Program-made: the position numbers and the translations under genes
Notes under the pieces: generated by a model
What the model saw: the letters and a program-made list of their open reading frames with translations, nothing else
What the model was told of the DNA's origin: nothing
Database searches by the model: none
In this document: positions 50,801 through 60,472 of the stretch, piece after piece
How positions within the stretch are numbered: position 1 is the stretch's first letter
Layout of the letters: each line of letters starts with the position of its first letter
Assembly: GCA_963722385.1 (NCBI GenBank)
Contig: CAVRKK010000002.1
Span: forward strand, 160,001 to 224,000
DNA length: 64,000 nucleotides
DNA from: an uncultured bacterium
GTDB lineage: Bacteria; Babelota; Babeliae; Babelales; Babelaceae
Direction: 5' to 3'

Positions 50801-53754
50801 GCTGCGGACAGTTGGTCTTTGAGTGATGTACCAACCCCTGCAAATGCCGTGGCAACAGCTGGGTTAGTGGCGGCGCTCAGTACTCTATCAAGATCAGCTG
50901 GTGATGCTTGGGCAAGTGAGTGCGTTATTACTCCATTTTGGATACCGTCGCTAACTGCTTTCGTTATACGATCAGCCAAGGTTGCACCAACCTTATCGAG
51001 AGCTGTCGGCGAAAGATCCTTGATTATAGTAGGATTCAATCCAATAGTCTGAACGAGAGACCCTACAACGCGCGCCGCTGCGTAAACGGCGAAGCGGCTG
51101 AGCACATTTTTGGCAGAAGAATAGACAGGATCATTCGAGCTTTCAATGGCATGGGCGATAGCTTGCACGAGATCAGGCACCACCTTTAAGCCCTTGGTAT
51201 AATTATAAGGGTTTACGTCATATTCTTCATAGAGGCTACCGAGTGCCGTGCTGAGATCTGAGCTCACAACTTCCATATTAGCCTTGCTTTTGAAAACCGC
51301 AAGCATATTGGCGGTGGCTATATAGGTCTCCCCGGTTGGTGTGTACTCAAGAATGCTAAAATCGATTGGCGTCTTGACGAGCGCCATGTCCTGGTCATAG
51401 ATACGTGAAGTGACGACGCTCACAAAATAGGCAAGCTTGCCACTCGGTAGCCCAACCGGGCTAAAGTACTGATCAACCGGAACCAGGTAGTCAGTTCCAC
51501 CATTTTCTAATGTTGTCTTCTTGTTATTATTCTGTGGTGCACATTCATAGAGGGAGACATTAGAGGCAAGGTCTTTTGGCCTCGTAAGGGTATAGCCGCC
51601 ATACGTAAATGGACCCTTTCCCGTTCTTGTTTCTATAGCGGTCTTTAAATTTTTGAAAAATTGCGATATTGCATCAGATGGCGACTTAAAACTTGCCGCG
51701 GCTTGTGCGAGCAGACTGGGATTTGCCTCAAGCTTGCCCATCGTTATATCGGTAAGAGCGTTATCGATGAGGCCATAAATATATTTCACCCGTGGATTGA
51801 CAGACCATGTCACGGAGCCAGGCTGGACTGCGGATATACCCTTCGTTTTTCCACGCGCCACCACGGACCCACCTAGTTTGATTTCAGCAGTACCGCCGCC
51901 TTCATTGACGCAAGGTATAAAGCCAGGTAGAGGGTTCATATCCCTATCAAGGCACATGACATAATCGTAAAGGTCGCTTGCCACTTTTACGTCAGACGAT
52001 GCCTCTTGCGCTTTAAGACTTTTACGGGCTAAGAGGGCCCATTGCGTATCAGGCGTTTGATAAATGAATATTCCCTGGGCATTGAGCGGCATGTCAAAAA
52101 GACCCTTTGATAGCAATGGTGTCGGTGCTATTTCAAGTACCTTGCTGGGATAAGCCATAGCTTGCAAGGTAAAGCCGCCCGATAGTTTTTCGCCACTTGC
52201 GCGAACCACGGGTGCGCCTAGATTGAAGATTCCTGACATGGCTTCATAGGTTGATGGCTGCTTGCCGGTAGGACCGCCGCCGCCTAGATTTTTGCTAATT
52301 TGGTCCGCAGGAGTTAAAAAGAGATTTGTTTTTTCAGTTTTAGTATCATACAATGTATTTGCTAATGATTGCCAGTATTCAGATTCCTTTTTGCCTCCGC
52401 CGCTTAAAGCTTCAGCAGCAGTTCCGCTTGCGCTGATCATACCGATATTACCGTTTTGATCGTACGTTTCAGAAAATGCTATTCCCGTATATAGCTTACT
52501 TGCCATAAGGCGGAGAAAGCGCAACATATTTGTCGCGCATTTGTGATAGGAATCAGATGCCGTTAGAGGACCTAACTGGCGATAAGGATACAAGATATCG
52601 AATGGATCACCTGCACCTAAAAATTCGAGGCCGGTATTGAGGTGAAGCATTTGGCCGGTAAACGAGTCTGATGGGATACCCCCAACGCCCCATGAAAAGG
52701 GGTAATCGCAATCGTTGTAGGCACCCGCTGTTACAAAAAAGTTTGTATTATCTACGACTTGCTCGCCTGTTTTACCCGTTAATTGGCTCCACTCGGCTTG
52801 CCACGACCCTTCGGTAACCGATTTTAAGTAAGATTCAGCTGCAGCAGGATCTTTAACAAGGGAGTAAATGTAAACACTTTTTGCAATATTGTCTTGATCA
52901 ATAAGAGGCGCTAGTGGCGCTAGCCAGAGGCCGCCAAAATATTGAGGTGCCAGAGCTGTCGTAACCTGGGCATCTTTAGCGAGCTTGGCCTGAATGGGAC
53001 CCATGACCCAGTTAGGAACCATGAAGACAAATGCTGACACAATAGTCAGGAATACATGTTGGACAAGAAAATTCTTGATAGTTTGTCCCCATGTTTCTGG
53101 TGTAGGTGCGGCGCCAGCTTCCTTGGCAGCCTGAGAAAGCTTTTCATCGGCATTATTAACCGCATTAGCTTCACTTTGTGCATTTGGTGATTCATTCTCA
53201 AGATTTTTGTCAGTCAAATTAGATACTTCAGTATCCACTTTGCCAACCATATCTTGTGATGCAGTCTTAAAAGTCTCCACCGTTGCTTCAAGCTCACTGG
53301 TCAATTCGCTGCCAGCCTTGCCAAATGCTTGTAAGTTTACGTCCTTTGCTAGATCTTCAGGAAGCAGCTTTTTTAAATCAGTTCCCAGATCAGAAAGCAG
53401 ATTGCCAACTTTTTCAAATTGCTCAGGAGTCAGCTCCGCGATAGTTTCTGCCCCTCCCATAACGTCTTTTAATCCCTCGCCAAAAGTTTCAAAGACCCCC
53501 TTTGCATCAGTCCCTAATTGCTCTAAAACAGCTGAGTCGATGCCTTTAAAAGAGTCTTCGATAGCAGTATTAGCGAAACTTTTTGTCAGATCAGCCATGG
53601 TATTTCCGCCAATGACCTCCCCTAACGAGCTGCCAACGGCTTCGCCTAGGTCACCTGTGAGAGCTTCCATACTACAGACTCGCTGGAAGCCGGTTCCTAC
53701 AGCAATTACGAGAATGGCAAATCTCATGAAGCGGTATAATTTCAAGGCTTTCAT
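47893..53754 (-). CDS. Giant (1953 aa) exported hypothetical protein with internal repeats
   Basis: Long ORF with GGGGG RBS, signal-like N-terminus, TM near aa 230-250, recurring YxISLxTGxxY motif. Confidence 0.8.
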   Translation of the reverse strand: MKALKLYRFMRFAILVIAVGTGFQRVCSMEALTGDLGEAVGSSLGEVIGGNTMADLTKSFANTAIEDSFKGIDSAVLEQLGTDAKGVFETFGEGLKDVMGGAETIAELTPEQFEKVGNLLSDLGTDLKKLLPEDLAKDVNLQAFGKAGSELTSELEATVETFKTASQDMVGKVDTEVSNLTDKNLENESPNAQSEANAVNNADEKLSQAAKEAGAAPTPETWGQTIKNFLVQHVFLTIVSAFVFMVPNWVMGPIQAKLAKDAQVTTALAPQYFGGLWLAPLAPLIDQDNIAKSVYIYSLVKDPAAAESYLKSVTEGSWQAEWSQLTGKTGEQVVDNTNFFVTAGAYNDCDYPFSWGVGGIPSDSFTGQMLHLNTGLEFLGAGDPFDILYPYRQLGPLTASDSYHKCATNMLRFLRLMASKLYTGIAFSETYDQNGNIGMISASGTAAEALSGGGKKESEYWQSLANTLYDTKTEKTNLFLTPADQISKNLGGGGPTGKQPSTYEAMSGIFNLGAPVVRASGEKLSGGFTLQAMAYPSKVLEIAPTPLLSKGLFDMPLNAQGIFIYQTPDTQWALLARKSLKAQEASSDVKVASDLYDYVMCLDRDMNPLPGFIPCVNEGGGTAEIKLGGSVVARGKTKGISAVQPGSVTWSVNPRVKYIYGLIDNALTDITMGKLEANPSLLAQAAASFKSPSDAISQFFKNLKTAIETRTGKGPFTYGGYTLTRPKDLASNVSLYECAPQNNNKKTTLENGGTDYLVPVDQYFSPVGLPSGKLAYFVSVVTSRIYDQDMALVKTPIDFSILEYTPTGETYIATANMLAVFKSKANMEVVSSDLSTALGSLYEEYDVNPYNYTKGLKVVPDLVQAIAHAIESSNDPVYSSAKNVLSRFAVYAAARVVGSLVQTIGLNPTIIKDLSPTALDKVGATLADRITKAVSDGIQNGVITHSLAQASPADLDRVLSAATNPAVATAFAGVGTSLKDQLSAAAQPLFDGLAQNLGLDPSTSYQHTLAVDGFIPVGPLYLYNQGLNLGPVSDSTGSLLGTYLETNSPALNNAIKSSHLMWKLWLIGQKQSEWLLFELMGPFAFTSKLIPNIVLQATSIDDIRAGDFVYTSSSYPGDYFIVAKTLGANNTVVGSEPFEATNPQPYLISLITGTIYHRDSQDQVTIVADENGTPVQLSNLGAVRASLKSPSLRSMLGTAATNVTQLPWKHYSFANFLLTIDPEDAKNNTYVYQDVTTLPTSAFPPKLSQVDDFFIGANQDAKGNITPELLGIPLESNPAYIISLVTGTVYNAQGVFPSLVVSSPGSLLTQLRGKVRPALRKALDMLITRQTPVKQPTPPPAPVIQLDEVTVSKLLGSLAYLPSPFTHLKRYQNKYYAVTGAANDAVNGQPASIFDYAAHPMKGPEGKEQEVGILYNGKGLPATIYSGALLDIARQKAGVVVNADGSQVLGVPHTMPGIELGDKKGVMQDYPSSIPTITLGDTTYTLKQYTNARIPGARVMALAKPSQGSSFYIDLYSGSEFDTNGHARIAEYQALEDSNHRLAAFIGNDNRGMPQAFGTDIGGYYYQYTYYMDFTSNKNPNLIYKGFNALGDADKYLAIDPADLDLAKPWVVKAGQKQQSGVIAFDPKGATYKSSAEYIKPYSYIGSRKPGSSPVFEFARATWDANYAGNLLVVAGTKKGDAFTVERLFVPAATGDSRLSSAKIPLGAYIECQGAAKGGSKLTMQAVKLPDGTTSDYQVTFYDGLVDANTGANYVAFEDTNGIHFFIPAYQSTSGKTIRDIQYKLKNYISITAFGDVGIFKPLLMTALGPVAAILNVPASAREHAQGLITSKQFVYDSDQKRYLYKYGSEDTNKIYYPGTTVGTEQPAYVDLRSGVFYDVHGIPTGGALNYPELSLLLGDKSVGIPGPVYDSVNKRLLNPDPTKLRALGGTTMVPADAVLTPTSAFLLYHSER

Positions 53755-53944
53755 ATGCCCCCCTTACTTTTTCAGTTATTTGAATTTTTAAGCTTTAACA
53801 ACACTATAATATATTTAGATCTGAAAATTCAATATTTAAGCTTTAACAGAAAAAAGAGGCATCGCTTGCCTATTGCCGGCAACGTGATACGCTCATAGAC
53901 AAGCATTATTTACTATAAACTTATTATTAAAATTAAGGAAAATC

Positions 53945-54835
53945 ATGAAAAAGCTGCCTATCTTTCTAATGTTTATTACCCTATTACATAACCTGGGCGC
54001 GATGGAGTCTAGTTTTAAAAATGAAAAGCACGGGGTAAGCATTACGCAAGATAGCGCTCATCAGTTTGCCAAATGCTGGCTTAATGAACATGGTGGCGAG
54101 AAGGGGGACAAGGCCCTTGCCTACCTTCTCGCTCTTGGATACAATTTTGCCGCTGAGATAGCAAAAAAATTACCTGGGCTTGATAGTGAACGAGATAGTT
54201 CTTTGATTTATGGCATACTTTTAAGACAAAATGATGTGGTCGAGAACCGCCTGCTGCGTTGGCATGCGGGTTTAGAGAAAACTGATTATGATCAGTTAAA
54301 TCGTGCTTTTCTGTTTACCATTGGGCTCAAGCAAAATAATTTACTCAATTCTATTATAACGTATATGTTCATATTTATAACTGAAGAGTCACGAAGGACT
54401 GGCTTAGGTGTTGCTGCCGCCGTTAATAATGTCGAAGCATTTTCATGGCTTTATGGAATGATGCCCAAAACAACCGTGCACGATGAATCAGAATTTTCGG
54501 GCGCTCTTGAAAGCGCTCTTTATTGGGCTGCAATAAGCCGAAATTTGCCTATTTGTCATCATATTTTACAAGCCAAGATTTCCGGTGATGCACTAAAAAT
54601 TATTTTGAAAAAGATAGAGGATTATACTCTTGATAGTGAATCCAGTAGATCTTTAACACTAAAAGATAAAGAGCTATTGTTTCGCATTAAGCAAAAGCTT
54701 ATAGGTGCTATTACTGCTTTTGATATAAGCATTTTGAAGCCAAATTTCGAAACGCAGCGCCATAAGCAGCTAGTACGCCCTGCTCAGCAGATGAGAGTCA
54801 AAAGTAATAATGGTTTATTTGGAAGCGAGAACTAG
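53945..54835 (+). CDS. Hypothetical exported protein with degenerate ankyrin-like repeats
   Basis: AAGGAA RBS, signal ending AME, GLGVAAAVNN and ALYWAAISRNLPICHHIL. Confidence 0.6.
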   Translation: MKKLPIFLMFITLLHNLGAMESSFKNEKHGVSITQDSAHQFAKCWLNEHGGEKGDKALAYLLALGYNFAAEIAKKLPGLDSERDSSLIYGILLRQNDVVENRLLRWHAGLEKTDYDQLNRAFLFTIGLKQNNLLNSIITYMFIFITEESRRTGLGVAAAVNNVEAFSWLYGMMPKTTVHDESEFSGALESALYWAAISRNLPICHHILQAKISGDALKIILKKIEDYTLDSESSRSLTLKDKELLFRIKQKLIGAITAFDISILKPNFETQRHKQLVRPAQQMRVKSNNGLFGSEN

Positions 54836-55354
54836 CGAGCGAGGATATTAAATCGCCTGAGTCTAATTGGAATCACTTTAACATAACGTATCATATGAAA
54901 TAACTAACTATTTTTTTTGAATAGCTTCTGAAGGGAATGCGCCTCCGCGGCGGCGACATCCTAAGAAATACGCCTGCGCGGCGAGCGGCAAGCGGGGTTC
55001 TCGCAAACCCCCTTGCAACCCGTGCGCCGCTTTCCCCGGCCCCTAATCCAAGCGGCCCTACTCATGCACCTAGCGTTCCGGAAGAACGCGCCGGGCCACT
55101 ACGGAGGGCCTCATCAGACTTTTATTTATTAAAGATTTTGGTAAAAAGATTGCTGCAAAACAAAAATCTATTCTCCGTTAGGAGAATTGCGTTTGCCATA
55201 ATCATGCGCCCCGCATGGTTATGGCATTAGAAGAGATAAAAGATATAGCAGATAGAGTGCAGACATCAGAATCAATGGGTGCAGGGCCGCCGCCCTGCCG
55301 CTCACTGCGTAAGTGTGCTCGCCGCATAGGCGCTCTCTTCTATTCACCCACCCT

Positions 55355-56443
55355 TCACTCAAGCTCGTCTGGATCAAGCGTGACGTACGCAGCATAGCGC
55401 TGCTTGATGGTCCCATCAAAGGCTTTTTGGATGAACCGGCGAACTTTGTAGATATACTTTTCGGGATTATAAAAATACGAATCAAAATGCGCCCTACCAT
55501 TAGTAATCCAGAGGCGCTTATACCCCTTGAGCGCATCGTAAATGGCCCGCACTGCAGAAACAGGTACTTTCTCATCGCCCTTGCAACCAATAACCATAAC
55601 AGGAATCGCTATTTTCTGGGCTGCTTCAACGGTATCAATCGGCACGATACACGTCTCCACCTGAGTGGCATCCATCTTGGCAATTGTCTTGAGCGCAAAC
55701 TTGAGCCACGACTGAACATAAGGATTATACGCATACCGCTGCAAGAGCGAGCGCCCCGGCAATGCGAGATCATAGCCTAGCATGGATAACTTCAAACTGC
55801 TCACCGCCCGCCCTATGATATTCTCGGTCGATTCAAACGGACAGTCCCAAATAGCCATATCAAACAGCGTAGGATCGTCCGCTTGCGCTAAAAGCGACGC
55901 CACAGCACCCATCGAAAACCCATATGCCACCCGCTTGGTATTCTTAAGCTCAGGATCCGATTTTACGTACTCGACGACACCCATAACATCATATTTCTCA
56001 TCATGGCCGAAGGAGCAACACTGCCCCTGAGCAACCTCGCCATGAGCACGAAAATCAATGGTAATCGTGTTAACCGGCTGCCCATCAAATGGCTGACTAA
56101 AAAGCGAGTTTGTCAAAAACCTTATATCATTTTTGTTACACATAAACCCGTGAAATACAAAAACTGTCGCCTTTGCACCGGGCCTGCGAATAAGAAACGC
56201 CTTACGTGCAAGGACGCGTGACGATTGCCCATTTTCACGGGCAAAAAACGTAATAGTCTCTTCAATACCCGTGCGGTACCGGCTCTTCTTATCGCCCAGT
56301 AATTGCTTAGGCGGACTTTTTTGCCAATGAGCTGGCCAGAAGGCTGGCGCATCCGATAACTGCCGAAAAACAGCGTAAACAACAATGCTGAAAATACAGA
56401 GAACGCCTACTATTACCAGGAGCCCCTTGCCCTTAAAATTCAT
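55355..56443 (-). CDS. Alpha/beta hydrolase with N-terminal TM anchor
   Basis: FHGF, IDFRAHG, YGFSMGA nucleophile elbow, GDEKVP, RAH. Confidence 0.88.
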   Translation of the reverse strand: MNFKGKGLLVIVGVLCIFSIVVYAVFRQLSDAPAFWPAHWQKSPPKQLLGDKKSRYRTGIEETITFFARENGQSSRVLARKAFLIRRPGAKATVFVFHGFMCNKNDIRFLTNSLFSQPFDGQPVNTITIDFRAHGEVAQGQCCSFGHDEKYDVMGVVEYVKSDPELKNTKRVAYGFSMGAVASLLAQADDPTLFDMAIWDCPFESTENIIGRAVSSLKLSMLGYDLALPGRSLLQRYAYNPYVQSWLKFALKTIAKMDATQVETCIVPIDTVEAAQKIAIPVMVIGCKGDEKVPVSAVRAIYDALKGYKRLWITNGRAHFDSYFYNPEKYIYKVRRFIQKAFDGTIKQRYAAYVTLDPDELE

Positions 56444-56452
56444 CCAGCCACC

Positions 56453-56998
56453 TCAACGCTGCAAAAGTTGTTTATAATAAGAAAGTTGCTTATTAAATAC
56501 GCTCCGTAGCTCCCCTTCGGGCTTTATCGGCTGACCATAGGGTGCCCCAGGAAGGCTCGCCCAGATGTTTTTAACCTTGCTAATCGCGGCGGGTAGGTCT
56601 CCTTGCTTAATAAGGTCGAGTGCGCCTGCTTCCTTAAGCATATAGACGGCGGCACAGTCCTGGTGCACCGGGCTAAAGCTCTTCATACCGACCGTATCGG
56701 CAACCTTGTCCCAGGTTTTACGTAAAAATTGATACCTTCCCGACGCACTTGAACGGAGCTCCTTGCCACCAAGCTTGGCGGTAATAACACAACGAGGATG
56801 GTCCTTAAAGCTGTCAAAAATATGCGCGCCAAAAAGCATACGGTATCCAGTATCCTGCAACGTCCCCTCAGCATACGCAATAGTGTCTAAAAAAGCCAGA
56901 ACGGCCGGATTATGCAAGTGCTCGACAAGTTCACAGGTTGGCGCATAAGCGCATGCGCTTATGAGATAGATTACTAAGTAAATATGCTTGAGTATCAT
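56453..56998 (-). CDS. Lambda-R-like lysozyme/lytic transglycosylase (GH104)
   Basis: AFLDTIAYAEGT, SSASGRYQFL..TW, FSP..QD, IWASLPGAPYGQ. Confidence 0.9.
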   Translation of the reverse strand: MILKHIYLVIYLISACAYAPTCELVEHLHNPAVLAFLDTIAYAEGTLQDTGYRMLFGAHIFDSFKDHPRCVITAKLGGKELRSSASGRYQFLRKTWDKVADTVGMKSFSPVHQDCAAVYMLKEAGALDLIKQGDLPAAISKVKNIWASLPGAPYGQPIKPEGELRSVFNKQLSYYKQLLQR

Positions 56999-57092
56999 AA
57001 CTTTCTCTCTCCCACAGATCCCTTTTCTCAATATATATTATTCAAATCAAAAATTAAAGCATACGATTTAATAATTTTTTCTGAAAGATTAA

Positions 57093-58100
57093 TTACCGTT
57101 CGATTCTCTGCGGGGGCGGGATAAGCTCGGCTGAAAGCCTCTGCATACGCCCAAGCGATTCTCGAGCATCTCTGGCATTCGCCGCGTTGACCTGCATGTT
57201 ATCGATAATGGTTGGTACGAGAGAAAGCTTTTCGAGAGATTTGTCATATACTTCTATGATAAATAAGAAGGATCTATCATTTCGTTGGCTAGGGTCGATG
57301 GCATAATCGTCAACAAAATCGCCCGTTTGATAAAGAATAAGTTTATCTTTGTACCATTCAATTCCTTGGAACACATGATTGCTATGCCCATGTATGACAT
57401 CTGCTCCTGCGTCAATCATTGCATGTGTTAGATCTCTAAAAGCTTGCGGTGGCCTCTCTTGCCAATTGGGTCCCCAATGCAACGTAATGATTATAAGGTC
57501 AACTTCTGGCTTTAGTTTTTTTATATCTTCTTGCACTCGCTGCCGGTCATGTTCTATCGAAATATAATTAGTTCCTGGCTTATTGGCTCCGGCTTTCCAT
57601 GATGGCTCATTATCCGTGTAGCCAAGGACGCCAATTTTTAAACCATTTTTTTCAATAATTGCCGGCCGCGCAGCCTCCTGCGCGTTCAACCCAGCCCCAA
57701 CATGCAATATTCCTGCCCGATCGAGCGTTTCAATCGTTTCTTTCAGGCCTTCGATACCAAAGTCTAAGACATGGTTGTTGGCGTTATTAACTACGTGAAT
57801 GTTTCCAGCAATTAATGCTTGCACATGCTTTGGGTCTGCCTTAAAATTAAACACCTTTGGTACCCGCTGCGTGCTTCGCGTCAGGGCTGTTTCCAAATTG
57901 ACGATATTTACATCATTGCTGCGTAACGTTGGCAAAAGGTCACCCCAGATATACGTAGGCGCCACCCGATTAAGCTTTTCGTTTACAAGCCTGCCCAGCA
58001 TCACATCGCCCCCAAGGCCAATGCGAACCACGCCATCAGTGGAAATGCACCATCCAGCAACACTCGCTAAAAGAAGAAAAAAACATCTCTTTGTTAACAT
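57093..58100 (-). CDS. CapA/PGA_cap family metallophosphoesterase-like protein
   Basis: GDVMLGR, NLET, ANNHVLDFG, LHWG, IHGHSNH. Confidence 0.9.
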   Translation of the reverse strand: MLTKRCFFLLLASVAGWCISTDGVVRIGLGGDVMLGRLVNEKLNRVAPTYIWGDLLPTLRSNDVNIVNLETALTRSTQRVPKVFNFKADPKHVQALIAGNIHVVNNANNHVLDFGIEGLKETIETLDRAGILHVGAGLNAQEAARPAIIEKNGLKIGVLGYTDNEPSWKAGANKPGTNYISIEHDRQRVQEDIKKLKPEVDLIIITLHWGPNWQERPPQAFRDLTHAMIDAGADVIHGHSNHVFQGIEWYKDKLILYQTGDFVDDYAIDPSQRNDRSFLFIIEVYDKSLEKLSLVPTIIDNMQVNAANARDARESLGRMQRLSAELIPPPQRIER

Positions 58101-58212
58101 AATAGCTTTAGTTATATTGGTTATTTACTAACTAACATAACTCATTTTAAATGCTCGTTTCAAGATTTGCCAAAGCAGCGCATTGCCGCTTCGGCAAAAT
58201 AAAAGCACGTTC

Positions 58213-58716
58213 TTAACTTTGATAGCCAATAAGGCCTGTTGGGCCGATGTCAGTGCGGCATCCCAAAGCGCGATAGAGCTCTTTGAATTTTTGAACAAGC
58301 TCTCCGGTAAAATCCGCGTTACGACGTGGTTCAAAAAACGCCATAATAGTATTTTTTAAAGGCTTGAAAGTTACGACAAGCCATAAAAATGCCAAAATGG
58401 TCCTATATGGCTTGTCGTTCAAGCTACTTTGAACACACAACCACCAATAAACCGGCAGCGTGAGGGCAGAGCTAACAACTAATTCGCCTATGCCGACGCC
58501 CGCAGATTGCGACCATTGTATCTCACGCAATTCAGCAAGTGCGTTAAGCGTCTCAAGGCATACCGCATCACGTTCTTCTTGGCTTATAGAATCAAAGAAC
58601 TCCTGAAACTCATCAAGATTTTTGAATTCGGAGAGAAAATCAACACGGGATGTCGGAGTCAATGCGGCGCTACAGCCCATAAGCATGACAATAAGTAAAT
58701 ACCTAACAAAATGCAT
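58213..58716 (-). CDS. Hypothetical exported/membrane protein
   Basis: AAGGAG RBS, signal peptide, two hydrophobic segments. Confidence 0.6.
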   Translation of the reverse strand: MHFVRYLLIVMLMGCSAALTPTSRVDFLSEFKNLDEFQEFFDSISQEERDAVCLETLNALAELREIQWSQSAGVGIGELVVSSALTLPVYWWLCVQSSLNDKPYRTILAFLWLVVTFKPLKNTIMAFFEPRRNADFTGELVQKFKELYRALGCRTDIGPTGLIGYQS

Positions 58717-58784
58717 TGCTTCTCCTTACTAAGCAGGGGTTTAAAAATATTTCGTATATTATTAAACCCTGTTCACACAGATTG

Positions 58785-60224
58785 TCAATTTCTGACAAAG
58801 CTCTGGAGATACTCAAGAAGCTCCTGCCTATTCATGACCTCAGTTGATCTACTCAAAAGCTTGCCCTCGTGCATAACAAGCATGGTAGGAACCATGGTTA
58901 CTTCAAACTTGCGTGAAAGTTCATCGGAAGTGCTGATATCTGTCTTGAGGAACTTAATCGTATCGCCTAAAGTTTCAGCTACTGACTCAATGACAGGCAA
59001 CATCGCTACACATGAGGTGCAGTAAGGCGCATAAAAATCTATAACAACGGGTCGCTGTTCAGCACCAAGGTGATCGGTAAGCTGTTCCAGCGTCTGCACC
59101 GATTCTAACGTATGGTGACGAATAATTTGCGGGTCGTAGTAACGGCCCGGGAGCTTTTCAGACGGCTCCAAAGTTTCTGATAAAAATGCATCGGCTTCAA
59201 GGGCCGCTTTAATGCCTTCGCCGGCAGCAACACCCGCTTGGCGATAGCGCGGATCGGCTACATCCCCAGCAGCAAATACTCCTGGCTGGGAAGCTGCTTG
59301 GCTACGCCCTTTAAGCTCAATATACCCGAGTTTGTCGGTTGCCAAGGCCCCTTGAAAAATTTTGGTGTTGGGATCATGGCCTATCGCCAGGAAGACTCCT
59401 TGCACCGCAAGAGAGCTCGATTTGCCGAGCTCTTTGATCTCCATACCTGTTACCTGGGCCCCATCTCCTTGTATACCGATGCTCTGGGTATTATAAAGTA
59501 TCTGTATGCGAGGTTGCTCATGGAGCCTTTGCTGCATAATAGCAGATGCCCGCATAGTGCTTGCTCGTACCAATAATGTTACTGATCGTGCAAAACGGGA
59601 CAACTCAAGCGCCTGTTCTGCTGCTGAGTCCCCGCCTCCTATGACAGCTACATCGCGGTCTTTATAAAATGGCGCATCGCACACCGCACATGTGCTCACC
59701 CCACGGCCCCAATATTCTTGCTCACCCGGAATATTGGTTGTTTTTGGCGTGGCGCCCGTAGCAATAATTACTGTATAGGCATATATCTTAGTGCCATTAT
59801 CTGTCTCCAACTCATGAGGATATCCCTTATCGAAATCTGCGCGAACTATAGTTGATGAATCAAATCGCGCGCCAAAATGACCGGCCTGCTTTTCAAAATT
59901 TTCCATAATGTCGGGACCGCGCTGCGTGCCAACTCCTGGCATATTTTCAACATCAGACGTACTCGTTAACTGGCCCCCCGGCATTGGGCCTTTAAAAACA
60001 ACCGTGTAACGATTCATCCGGGCTGCATAGAGGGCTGCACTCAAACCAGCCGGTCCTGAGCCTATAACAGCAACTTCAACAATATTGTTTTTTTCTAAGT
60101 CCCTTTGATCAAGGAAGATTGCTTGAAATTCAGATGGCGGCCAGATCGGCCAGAGAGAATACCATAACGCTCCCGTAATAACGAGTATACAACAGGCAAG
60201 AAATGGCCAGGGTTTAAAAGGCAT
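58785..60224 (-). CDS. trxB: Thioredoxin reductase with N-terminal TM and fused C-terminal thioredoxin domain
   Basis: IGSGPAG, GGQL, CAVCD, GGGDSA, AAGDV; C-terminal DFYAPYCTSC..VPT. Confidence 0.9.
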   Translation of the reverse strand: MPFKPWPFLACCILVITGALWYSLWPIWPPSEFQAIFLDQRDLEKNNIVEVAVIGSGPAGLSAALYAARMNRYTVVFKGPMPGGQLTSTSDVENMPGVGTQRGPDIMENFEKQAGHFGARFDSSTIVRADFDKGYPHELETDNGTKIYAYTVIIATGATPKTTNIPGEQEYWGRGVSTCAVCDAPFYKDRDVAVIGGGDSAAEQALELSRFARSVTLLVRASTMRASAIMQQRLHEQPRIQILYNTQSIGIQGDGAQVTGMEIKELGKSSSLAVQGVFLAIGHDPNTKIFQGALATDKLGYIELKGRSQAASQPGVFAAGDVADPRYRQAGVAAGEGIKAALEADAFLSETLEPSEKLPGRYYDPQIIRHHTLESVQTLEQLTDHLGAEQRPVVIDFYAPYCTSCVAMLPVIESVAETLGDTIKFLKTDISTSDELSRKFEVTMVPTMLVMHEGKLLSRSTEVMNRQELLEYLQSFVRN

Positions 60225-60472
60225 GTCAGTTCCCCTTAATCAGTAGGTGTCAATTGATTGCGCATTTGATACTTTATGCGCCGAATACCTACTAATTATA
60301 CTCAATTAGAAAAATTTGTAAACCCATTTGTCTATTACTGTTCTTATATTACTTTTTTTGTCACATAATGTTAATAGTATGATCGCACCACTTCTATGAT
60401 GAACTTTTCAAAATGACATTTTAGATCTATAATTACTGGGCAATACCTAAAAACCCAACTGAAAGGAAGTTT

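Noticed and set aside
53207..53791. Antisense and alternate-frame ORFs (this one and many other short ones in the track)
   Set aside because: They are shadows of longer, motif-supported genes on the other strand or frame.
55085..55120. Hammerhead ribozyme (minus strand CTGATGA-GGCC..GGCC)
   Set aside because: The required GAAA after stem II is absent.
55355..55375. ER-retrieval signal on the alpha/beta hydrolase (..PDELE*)
   Set aside because: DEL is not terminal, so it does not fit the consensus.
54937..55397. ORFs 54937-55230 and 55215-55397 as genes
   Set aside because: Pro/Arg/Ala-rich translations of GC-rich hairpin DNA with no recognisable motif.
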